Shown one piece after another: positions 1 to 12,438 of a DNA stretch of 64,000 bases. Where the stretch lies: NCBI RefSeq assembly GCF_963676685.1, contig NC_092353.1, positions 4,526,001 through 4,590,000 on the forward strand. Direction: 5' to 3'. Both the position numbers and the translations under genes were made by a program. The DNA is from Mytilus edulis. Taxonomy: Eukaryota. Numbering within the stretch: the first letter of the stretch is position 1; each line of letters begins with the position of its first letter. The notes under the pieces were generated by a model, which worked only from the letters and a program-made list of their open reading frames with translations, searched no databases and had not been told where the DNA came from.

Positions 1-1260
1 TCAATAAAAAAAAAAAAAAAAAAAAAATCGGGAATATTTCCCGAATTTTTCATTCTACTAATGAACTCAAAATCGTTAACTTTTTTTTCAGATCTAGTTC
101 CTGTTCCGGTTTTCCCCGCATTTGCGCAGAAATCTGTCTTGTTTGCATGAGACTTTGAAAAAAAATTATATTTATCAGTCTAGTAAAATATAAGATTGGA
201 ACTCAATACAGTTTCATTTTTAATAATTGTTTGATTTGAAAAAAACGTTACCTGATGGAAGCGTTTCTTTTGTTTACATTGAATATGACGTCATAAATTA
301 AAGAACGTCACAGCTAAATCCCTAACAACAGAACCAAAATCGGGAACGTTACGGTATTTCCGTATCCTTTATTAACATGTTTGAAGTAAAAAAATAATAC
401 ATACAGACTTCGTCCCCATTCACAGGTTATGCCTGCCTCATATTAGTAGCAATACGTTAAAACACACTTCAATTACCCTCCCTAAAAAATAAGCTTATTT
501 TAGAACAATGTCCGCCATGTTGGATTTTACCGGAAGAAGGGTTTTGTAAGACATCTAATCTATATAATACATCCAAAAGTAGTAACAAAAATGTTTGTAC
601 TGAATATTATGATAGTAGCATGATATTAACACCTATTCACATACTAGCCTTCGATATTGGGCTGATTTAAGTATGATGTCCCCCATTTTGAATTTTACCG
701 GTAGTGAGACATTTTGTTTAAATGCCTCCCTATCTGTAATCAAAGAGTAATAGTTGAGGAAGGTGCCAAATTTCTTGCTTGTAGCAGGATTTGCCCAATT
801 CGTCTGAAACGCGCGTGTAGCTGCCGGACTAGTAGAGTTTTAAATATCGAAAACGGCAATTCAATGAAACGTTGGAATATGATCAGTTATAGAATCGCAA
901 TTTTAGGATTAATTCTGTATAAACAAATTTCGACCTCGATCTCATAGAAGAAGAACATCCGTTGACCGACGGTAAATCGGCTTAAATTACATCATTAAAC
1001 AATATCGACTCTAGCGTGTCGTGAGGTTACACAAAAAGCGTTGTTATATTTAATAGAAATGTACGGGGAAGTACACGAATGTTGACGTCCAGTATACCTA
1101 ATGTAAAGATCGTATGATATATTACAGTTCAACTGAATTAAAAAAAAAGTCATTGTTTAAAAAGTACACATCATATATCTACTATCTATTAGTGGTTATA
1201 ACTCTGCTTCGTCATTATTAATAACATGATTTTGCGATCGATTTCATAAAATATATATAC

Positions 1261-4200
1261 CTGAGAATCCATACAACCTAATTCTACAACAATCTGTAGA
1301 TCATTATTTAGCTTCTCGTATCCATAGCAAACCTTTAACGAATAAAATTCAATATAATAATAAAAGATATATCATACGATTAATATAAACAATTAAGGTA
1401 ATCTCCTTTTAATGTGTTGTTAGATATACGTATATATGTTACAGTGAATTTGTATAATCAGGGATTATGTAGAATCACTGATTTTTCAGGGATTATGTAG
1501 AACCACTAAAAATATAGTGATTATATAGATTCCCTGAAAATGACCAGTGATTTTATATAATCACTGATAATTTTAATTATTACTAGAACACACCCGTGAT
1601 ATCACGGGTCCGTGATTGAATTAAAGTATATAACTATGCGCAAGCCTTATTTTAGTATTAGTATTGTCATCTGTTAAAGTCATGCCGATTATAAGATACA
1701 CAGTTTTTCTCTGCTTTCAAGTCTTTCTGTTTGAACCCGTCGAACTGGAACTTATCAATTATTGGTAATATTAATTATTTGGAAAACAAAAGGTCCTGGA
1801 ATGGAGTATTTTTTAATCAACAGCATTGTCCTATATAAGTTATAAGTAAAGTTGAATTCTTTGACTCGCTGTTTAACGTCATGCCCACTAACAAATTGAA
1901 AACTGTACCTATACGCCTTATTTTTAGTCCAGATTTTTAGTATTCGTATTGTTATCTTAGAAAGTCTAACTGATTAAAATACTACAATAGGTAACAATTT
2001 GACAATTTAGTAGTGCATGTCAACCCTGTGGTTATGACCCGTGTATATAGCATATTAATCCTGAATACAACGTTTGGTGGTGCGCCTGTCAGATGCGGAA
2101 CGTACAGATAAGGTAATAGGTAACAGGTGAATATACTATTGGTATCGGTAGCGGACTCGACCCGGAACTTCTTTATTATTGGCAATGTTAATTACGTGGA
2201 AAACAAAAGGGCCTAGAGTGGTGTAATTTTTAATCTACACCTTTGTACTATATTAGTTATATATAAAGTTAAATTCTGTGATTCGTCGTTTTTACGTGAT
2301 GACGGCTGACAAATTGGACCTCGTAATTTTAGTATTATAGATTCTACAACTTCCCTAATATGATTTCAGGGATTATCAATAATTAAAAGCTTCAAAGATG
2401 ATATCTCAAACCAATTACACAAGTGGTTCCAGCAAGGATTTGTATAGTCTTACTATACAAATCCTTGGTTCCAGGAAAGGGAGATCCCAAAAAACTAATG
2501 GTCAATATTCACGAAAAGGCTGAAAAAGAATATCGCCTTGCTATATAGCATGGAATCCTGCTCGGATCTTTAATACAAGAAATCAGTTTGAGGTTGCTGA
2601 TTACCCTTCATTGGTACAATTTGTACCTTCAGATGTTTGTGCTGAAAACTCTATTTCTCTGAGACGTGCCGTAATTTTTATCTTATTTGATGTGGAGGAC
2701 AAGGTTTTTTTAATGTTGATATCGTGGTAAAAACAAATGTGAATTTGATAGATATGCCTGTAGAAAATCAGGGCAAATGTGTAATAGTCAATGCCATCCA
2801 AATTTAGTTTGTAAATAAAATGTTTAATATTAAAATATTATACATAACATTAACATTTATCAAAACAACTGTACCCATAAAAATAGTTTTAATGACAATT
2901 TCATTTTAAATTATTTCATATTCTCAACCTAAAAACAATTACTAAAACAATATGATAAAAAGAATAATCATTATGCAATTTAATATTTTCATACTGACTT
3001 CATCAACCCGCCCGTGTGGGCTCGCTTGGTATTATTAATATGTACAGTCAATATCAAAAAGGACCCGCTTGATATTATTACTGATAAAGTCAGTATTAAA
3101 AACAAAACATCAATTATTCCATATATATTTTGCTTATCATTTAATCATATTGTGCTTATCATTTGATTATTTTGTGTATAACATTTCAATATTTTTGTGT
3201 CTTTCATATTAATAAATTATGCCTAACGTTTTACAATATTAAGGTTATTATTATGATATATTAAGGTTAACTTAAGATATTTCAATATGTTATATATTTT
3301 AGTATCATTTCAGTTATTCTACATATAATCCCTGACGTTTTTTCTAGTGATTATACATAATCCCTGAAAGTTTTAGTGATTATATATAATCCCTAAACTA
3401 ACCAGTGATTATACATAATCCCTGAAAATTTTAGGGATTCCACATAATCCCTGATTATACAAAATCACTATAACATATACATAATATTATAGGGTTATTG
3501 CATGAATATTGGGGAATATTGTCCCGAGTAGAATTTTATATTGCACGAGCTTGCGAGTGCAATATATGTTCTACGAGGGACAATATTCCCCAATATTCAT
3601 GCAATAACCCTTTTATTGTATAGCAATATAATATTTGAAAGTAAAAATTGGTTTAAACTAAGATTTTGTCGTTAATGACGTCATGAATTTTGAAGATTTA
3701 TTGCACTAGTGCAATATTAGAATTTATTGCACGCTAACTTTTGGTTACGTTCTGTGGGAAATATTATATTGCTATACAATAAATGTCATTTATGGATACC
3801 CCATAACCCTTTGTTTTTCTAGTCATTAAAAATTAGAAAAAATACAATATTTGAAATGAACGTTTTAAAGCTTGGTTGTTGAACCTTCAACTATTTATTT
3901 ATTTAGATTAATTTAAATGTGTACTAATGAAGTGTAATGAGTTGAGTTATGTAAAAGAAGGAGGAAAGATACCAGAGGGACAGTCAAACTCATAAATCGA
4001 AAATAAACTGACAACGCCTGTCTAAAAATGACAGAAGACAAACAAACAAATAATAGAACGCATGATACAACGTAGAAAACTAAAGAATATGCAACACGAA
4101 CCCTACCAAATATTAATGGTGATATCTGATGCTCCGGAAGGATAAGCAGATCCTGCTCCATCCGTCGTATTGCTTATGTTATAACAAATCCGATAATAGT

Positions 4201-7200
4201 CGGTAGGTCTCATTCATGAAAGGGGAGAGGATTTTAGTTACGACGTAAGGCAATGTGACGTGACGTCTGCAGCCGATATCGTCATATGCCCTTATTACAA
4301 TGAGTCATATGCCCTTATTACAATGAGGTATTGTATACTTACTGTTCCATTACCACAGACGGTTATCTGCTGACATTGATTTGGGTTTGAAATTCCATCG
4401 CAGTTAAGACAATAGACTAAAAGAATAAACATAGATATAAATATAGGAATGTAAACATAAACTTTGAACCTATTTATATTTTGTTTATCCTTGTTTATCC
4501 GTGTGTATCAGTTTTACGACTTTCTTTGATATTTGGACACAATTATAAATAAACTAAAGAAAAACTCAATTGATATCTTGACAATTTATTTCGTGACCTT
4601 TATCTTACGGGCGCTGACTAAAAACCTGTTTATAGATAAAAAAAAAAAAAAAAAAAAACAATGTGTCGCCAGTACACGGATGCCCCATCCGCACTATCAT
4701 TTTCTATGTTCAGTGGACCGTGAAAATGGGAGAAAATCTCTAATTTAGCATTACAATTAGAAAGATCATATCACAGGAAACATGTGTACTAAGTTTCAAG
4801 TTGATTGGACTCAACTTAATCAAAAACTACCTCGACCAAAAACTTTAATCTGAAGCGGGACAGACAGACGGACGAACGCACAAACCAGAAAACATAATGC
4901 CCATAAATTGGCCATAATAATGGATCTTCGTTCCTCGTCCGTCGTTATACTCACTAAAGCCTTCATAAAAAAATCCTTAGTTCTGGTCAATAAGGTCAAT
5001 CCTCAAAATATGTAGCCATATTGAAACATATAAATATGTAATTTTCAGCATTCTTGACACACTCAACCTCTTCGTCTTTTGGAGCATTCGTACTGAAATA
5101 TATGAGTTGCTGAAAAAATCATTCATATAAGTTGTTACTCATGCGGGCATAGTGCTTGACAATGTTTGATATTGGCATAAATATATATAACTACATTACT
5201 TACAACATTGCTGACACATGTGGGGACACAATGCTTTGACGCAGTCGTACTGACATGGATTAGGGTACAGCAGAGCAAATCTTTGACACGTGTCTTCGTC
5301 TGTGTTGACGCAGAAGTCACTACCGGAAGTAGGCACTGTTTTATATAAATAATGAATAAGTTATTGAGACTTGATAGAAGACATTTAATATCATTAACTT
5401 CATGTTATCATTAATTTGACAATAATATGAATTAGCTGTCATATAATTATATACTTAGTTTAACTTATGTCTTTACATTATAGTTACAAAAATGTGCTTT
5501 TGTACATGTGTAGATTATGAGTATTTGTTTTAATTCCCAGATGGTTGTTTTTAGCATCTGACATTAGTCTGTTTGTTTTACTTGGATATGTCAGCAGAGG
5601 TATCGACTAAGTCTGAAAATGAAATAACACGTTGTAAATGCGCTTTTTTCATTTATCTTCATCAGGAAACAGTTTTGCAGTTTTGAAATTATTAATATTT
5701 ATAAAAATGTTGGACATTTTGAATCTGTTGTTATACTGAAATTGTCCTGAAATTGTGTTTTCCTTATCCAGTCTATATCTTGTACCTCTAGCTTGATTTA
5801 TTGCTCTGTTAACTATTTTTTTTTATTTCTAATTATTTATATTTCAGTCTTTGTACTTACTCTGGTGGGGGTATATATATGAACTGATCGGGTTAGAGTT
5901 TGGTACTTGTCGTTATGCGTTAACCTATGTACATACCTATTGGGTTAGGTGTTGGTAATGGCGTCGAATTTAATAAAGATGGTTGTTTGTTGTTACATTT
6001 ATCATGGTTACAACAACCTGCATCAAAATTTACTCTCTTGTCTTGCGAACTGGCAAACTGTTCACAAGTCTAAAAGAATATGCTATATGTTTATTCATTA
6101 TTCACGACAAAAATAAGAAAAAAACTTAATATGTCGTCTATATGGTTTCTTATACTTGATTGGAAGTATGAATGACAACGTGGTAAATATCCAATTATTT
6201 TAAATGACGTAGATTTTAAAAGCAATAACACAGCACCGGAGGTTTTCAACAATCAGCAACACCCCGTATACTACGCAAATAAAGGCTCCATCGATTCTAA
6301 ATGTGAAACAATTCATACGAAAACAATCAACGGCCCTTTTTGTGACTAATCAATAAACGACCAAAATAATTATATACCAAATAACAACCAACGACCATCA
6401 CTACAGGTCTCTAGTTTGTTTACAATCACTGACTTACAGGTCTCTAGTTTGTTTACAATCACTGACTTACAGGTCTCTAGTTTGTTTACAATCACTGACC
6501 TACAGGTCTCTAGTTTGTTTACAATCACTGACTTACAGGTCTCTTGTTTGTTTACAATCACTGACTTACAGGTCTCTAGTTTGTTTAGAATCACTGACTT
6601 ACAGGTCTCTTGTTTGTTTACAATCACTGACTTACAGGTCTCTAGTTTGTTTACAATCACTGACTTACAGGTCTCTTGTTTGTTTACAATCACTGACTTA
6701 CAGGTCTCTAGTTTGTTTACAATCACTGACTTACAGGTCTCTAGTTTGTTTACAATCACTGACTTACAGGTCTCTAGTTTGTTTACAATCACTGACTTAC
6801 ATGTCTCTAGTTTGTTTACAATCACTGACCTACAGGTCTCTAGTTTGTTTACAATCACTGACTTACAGGTCTCTTGTTTGTTTACAATCACTGACTTACA
6901 GGTCTCTAGTTTGTTTACAATCACTGACTTACAGGTCTCTTGTTTGTTTACAATCACTGACTTACAGGTCTCTAGTTTGTTTACAATCACTGACTTACAG
7001 GTCTCTAGTTTGTTTACAATCACTGACTTACAGGTCTCTTGTTTGTTTACAATCACTGACTTACAGGTCTCTAGTTTGTTTACAATCACTGACTTACAGG
7101 TCTCTAGTTTGTTTACAATCACTGACTTACAGGTCTCTTGTGTGTTTACAATCACTGACTTACAGGTCTCTAGTGTGTTTACAATCACTGACTTACAGGT

Positions 7201-10200
7201 CTCTTGTGTGTTTACAATCACTGACTTACAGGTCTCTAGTTTGTTTACAATCACTGACTTACAGGTCTCTAGTTTGTTTACAATCACTGACTTACAGGTC
7301 TCTAGTTTGTTTACAATCACTGACTTACAGGTCTCTAGTTTGTTTACAATCACTGACCTACAGGTCTCTAGTTTGTTTACAATCACTGACTTACAGGTCT
7401 CTTGTTTGTTTACAATCACTGACTTACAGGTCTCTATTTTGTTTAGAATCACTGACTTACAGGTCTCTTGTTTGTTTACAATCACTGACTTACAGGTCTC
7501 TAGTTTGTTTACAATCACTGACTTACAGGTCTCTTGTTTGTTTACAATCACTGACCTACAGGTCTCTAGTTTGTTTACAATCACTGACTTACAGGTCTCT
7601 TGTTTGTTTACAATCACTGACTTACAGGTCTCTAGTTTGTTTACAATCACTGACTTACAGGTCTCTTGTTTGTTTACAATCACTGACTTACAGGTCTCTT
7701 GTTTGTTTACAATCACTGACTTACAGGTCTCTAGTTTGTTTACAATCACTGACTTACAGGTCTCTAGTTTGTTTACAATCACTGACTTACAGGTCTCTAG
7801 TTTGTTTACAATCACTGACGTACATGTCTCTAGTTTGTTTACAATCACTGACTTACATGTCTCTTGTTTGTTTACAATCACTGACTTACAGGTCTCTTGT
7901 TTGTTTACAATCACTGACTTACAGGTCTCTAGTTTGTTTACAATCACTGACTTACAGGTCTCTTGTTTGTTTACAATCACTGACTTACAGGTCTCTAGTT
8001 TGTTTACAATCACTGACTTACAGGTCTCTTGTTTGTTTACAATCACTGACTTACAGGTCTCTAGTTTGTTTACAATCACTGACTTACAGGTCTCTAGTTT
8101 GTTTACAATCACTGACTTACAGGTGTCTTGTGTGTTTACAATCACTGACTTACAGGTCTCTAGTTTGTTTACAATCACTGACCTACAGGTCTTTAGTTTG
8201 TTTACAATCACTGACCTACAGGTCTCTTGTTTGTTTACAATCACTGACTTACAGGTCTCTTGTTTGTTTACAATCACTGACTTACATGTCTCTAGTTTGT
8301 TTACAATCACTGACTTACAGGTAGTTTGTTTACAATCACTGACTTACAGGTCTCTAGTTTGTTTACAATCACTGACTTACAGGTCTCTAGTTTGTTTACA
8401 ATCACTGACTTACAGGTCTCTAGTTTGTTTACATTGAGTGTTTACCTGCTTAGGATTTAACGTCAATTACTAGTATATCTATTATAACAAATTATAGCTC
8501 TTCTTAACACAGCCCCAGTCCCACTAGACCACAATCGCAAAATTTTCGTTGCTTTCACGATGCTACTACGTCCTCATTACGCTTTTACAACGATTCTGCT
8601 ACGATTATACCACGTTCTCACCGCGCTTATTCTGCGACTTTACTACGCTAATCAGGATTTTTCTACGATCATCACGTTCTTACTACGACCATACAACGAT
8701 TTATCCGAATGCAACACGATATGTTCACGCTTCTACTGCGATTATAGCACGTTCTTACCACGATTATACTACGTTCAAACCGCGATCTTACTACGTTCTT
8801 AGCAATAACGTCAATACGTGTTCCATATCAATACAGCCCATTCCTTCTATTTCTGATTAATATGTAGATTTATCGGAAACAATACTGTCATGCCACCACA
8901 ATCTACAAAAACACGTGGGCGTGGTGGAAGGGGTTGATTTAGAGCCAGAGAGAACTCTGATAATAACGAATCCTGATCAAGCAGAGATGTCTGACCGACC
9001 AATCCAACCTAAATTACAACATATTGCTGGTCCATAAAGCTCAAATGACGATATTTTAGTGAACGATAGCAGAGATGACAGATGTGGCAAAATATATAGG
9101 AATATGTGGTACGAGTGCCAATGAGACAAATCTCCATCTAAGTAACACATAAAAGTAAACCATTATAGGACAAGGTACGGCCTTCAACACGGAGCCTTCG
9201 CTCACATCAAACAGCAAACTATAAAGGGCCCCACAAATTACTAGTGTAAAACCATTCAAACGGGAAAAACAACGGTCTAATCTATATAAAAACGAGAAGA
9301 ATGGTTGAGCCGTTAGAGAAAATGGAAAAGTAGTCCTAATTGCATACAGACAAACAAAACCTGAAGAGATTCAATATGTTTTATGTGAAAATGACAATGA
9401 GAATGAAGGTCGTAGTATGAACATAGTCAGGTCGTAAGAAGAGCGTGGTGAGGACGGTAAAAACGTGCTAGAATCGTACTATTGTCGTGAACAGCGTGAT
9501 ATAGTCGTATCGGTAGCGTAGACGGGTCGTGGTGAGAACGTGGTGGTCGTAGAGAGGTCGTATTAACGTCGCTGCGAGATCGTATCGCAGTCTCTCCGAA
9601 TAGAATCACGCTTTCGCTACGTTCTCGTCACGATGGTACAGCGACCTTTGCGATATTACTACGACCTTAGTGTGCTCTCACTGCTCTTCTACTACAATTT
9701 GATTTTGCCACGACCGCACAACGATTGTTTTGAACATGTTAAAATTTGGCCACGCTCATCAGATGTTGAAAACCTTACTGCGACCGTGATACGACCTTAC
9801 TGCGATCTACACGATCGTACTATGATCATCAAAATTTGCATTTTTATCACAGACGGTAGTGCAATCGTTGCCTAGTGGGACTGCAGTATTAAATACGACA
9901 AGTACACACCCGTGATATCGCGGGTCCGTGACTGAATTAAAGTATATAACTATGCCTTATTTTAGTAATTGGTATTGTCATCTGATAAGTCATGTCGATT
10001 ATAAGATACACAGTTTTCTCTGCTTTCAAATCTTTCTGTTTGAACCCGTCGACCTGGAACTTATCAGTTATTGGAAATAACAATTATTTGGAAAACAAAA
10101 GGTCCTGGCTATCCAGGAATGGAGTATTTTTTAGTCAACAGCATTGTCCTATATAAGTTATCTTAGAAAGTCTTGCTGATTGCTGAATAAAACTACAATA

Positions 10201-12407
10201 GGGAACAATTTGACAATGATTGAATTTAGTAGTGTCAGTCCTTTGATTATGGCCCGTGTATATAGCAAAATCCTAAATACACCGCCTGTCAAATGCGGAA
10301 CGTACAGATAAGGTAATAGCTGAATATACTATTTGTATCGGTATCGGATTCGACCCGGAACTTGTTAATTTTCGGCAATATTAATTATGCTGAAAACAAA
10401 AGGGTCTGGAGTGATGTAATTTTTATTATCTTACCTCCTATACATTTCTAGGAATATGATTGGTTAAAAGCGACCTCGTGGAGACCGTGTATATTCAATA
10501 TTAGGTTAGTAGGGAGGCGGGGCTTATTTCAATATTAGGTTAGTTGTGAATTTGCGACTTAGGCACTGTTTGATTATTTCAAATATTGAAAGTTCTTTTT
10601 AATATTGTTATATCAAGGTTGTTTTTTATAAATATCTATCGTTTACATTAGTTTTTTTTTAGTGCATATCAATTGAAGTAGGTTCTTAAAATTGAACACC
10701 TGAACACTTTAATACAGAAATAAGGAGATGTGTTATGAAAGCAAATAAGACAACTTTAGTCTAAATTCAACACATAAAGATAGTCGGTAAGATAAATTCG
10801 TTACATAGTGTGCTAGTGACCTAATATGATATATACAGGGTAAGTAAATTCCATATGGGGTTCGAGCTTCGCTCTCACCCCATATGGAATTTACTGACCC
10901 TGTATATATCATATTAGGTCACTAACACACTATGTAACTAATAATCTACACCATTGTCCTATATTAGTTATATATAGAGTTGAATTCTTTGATTTGTCGT
11001 TTTTACCCGATGACGGCTGACAAATTGGACCTCGTAATTTTAGTATTATAGATATAATTCTATAGATAACTAATCCAATCATAGTACTAAAGTACTGAAA
11101 ATCAAATGACCGCAAGTTCTCGTGAATGGTCACAAGCACTTGTCTAAGAAAACCAATCACATCTCTATACATAGATATATGTTTTACTGAGACAAGTTTG
11201 TGCGTGGATAATGAATAAATGACAGGGAATTCAACCTCACTGTAATAATTATTATTGCATAGCAATATAAATGTTTCCCACAGAAATAACCAAAAGTTAG
11301 CGTGCAATAAATTCCAATATTCCACTAGTGCAATAAACCTTTAAAATTCATGACGTCATCATCGACAAAATCTTAGTTTAAACTAATTTTTACTTTCTTA
11401 TATTATATTGCTAAACAATAAAAGGGCTATTGCATGAATATTGGGGAATAGTGTCCCTCGTAGAACATATATCGCAAGCTCGTGCAATATAAAATTCTAC
11501 TCGGGACAATATTCCCCAATATTTATGCAATAACCCTATATTATATTGTAGTGATACAAATCAGTTATTAATTTTGTTATGTTTTATATTAATATTTGTA
11601 TAAGATAGTTACGCGAATATGTAATTTTCATCCATTTGTATATCATTTTATCATTTATCTTACCTCCTATACATTTCCAGGAATATGATTGGTTAAAAGC
11701 GTCCGCGTGCAAACCGTGTATATTTGATATTAGGTTAGTAGGGAGGCGGGGTTTATCTCATACACGGTTAGTAGTGGAGTTACGTCCCTTTATATTCCTT
11801 ATTAGGTAAGAAGGGGGCGGGGCTTATTTAATACACGGTTAGTAATGGTGTTATGTCCCTTTGTAAAAAACAAAACGGTACTGAGAAAAAATCTTAAAAG
11901 TTCCAACAGACGAAGAAATTGATGATTCAGATTGAAACAAATTCATAAAACACATTTACACATTTAAACCTTACAAGTCGTTATTGTTGGCATCTGTTTT
12001 TGTAGGATTAATGGAAGTATTTTCCTAGCGCTAACAGTATTGAAGACTTGCTTGTTTTGAGAATCACTAGTCTTAATTTCACACGTTAAGATAGTCGGTA
12101 AGATAAATTCGTTACATAGTGTGCTAGTGACGTAATACGGTATATATGGGGTCAGTAAATTCCATATGGGGATTCGAGCTTCGCTCTCACCCCATATGGA
12201 ATTTACTGACCCCATATATACCGTATTAGGTCACTAGCACACTATGTAACTAATAATATTTAGTACAAAATACAGCTATTTTGTATATCTAATAAAGGTG
12301 CGTTTTTCCAGTCTGTATCCCCTTCCCTGTATCACATACCCCGTATCGCATAGCTAAACCCGTATCGCATACCCCGTATCGCATGGTGAAACCCGTATCG
12401 CATACCT

Positions 12408-12438
<31 letters not shown>

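Larger units (their letters stand above)
1434..3478. mobile_element. MITE / non-autonomous DNA transposon with ~43-bp TIRs and subterminal repeats; hosts the Helitron and a 35-bp palindrome
   Basis: ATATGTTACAGTGAATTTGTATAATCAGGGATTATGTAGAATC at left vs reverse complement of right end ATATGTTATAGTGATTTTGTATAATCAGGGATTATGTGGAATC; repeated GGGATTATGTA/TACATAATCCCTG motifs. Confidence 0.75.

Noticed and set aside
6370-8437. Three long periodic ORFs (646, 673 and 507 aa)
   Set aside because: They are by-products of a stop-free 33-bp minisatellite open on both strands, with no unique domain, lying inside an intron of gene 1.
8549-9875. Several 60-103-aa ORFs
   Set aside because: They derive from low-complexity subterminal repeats of a MITE and from a SINE-like fragment.
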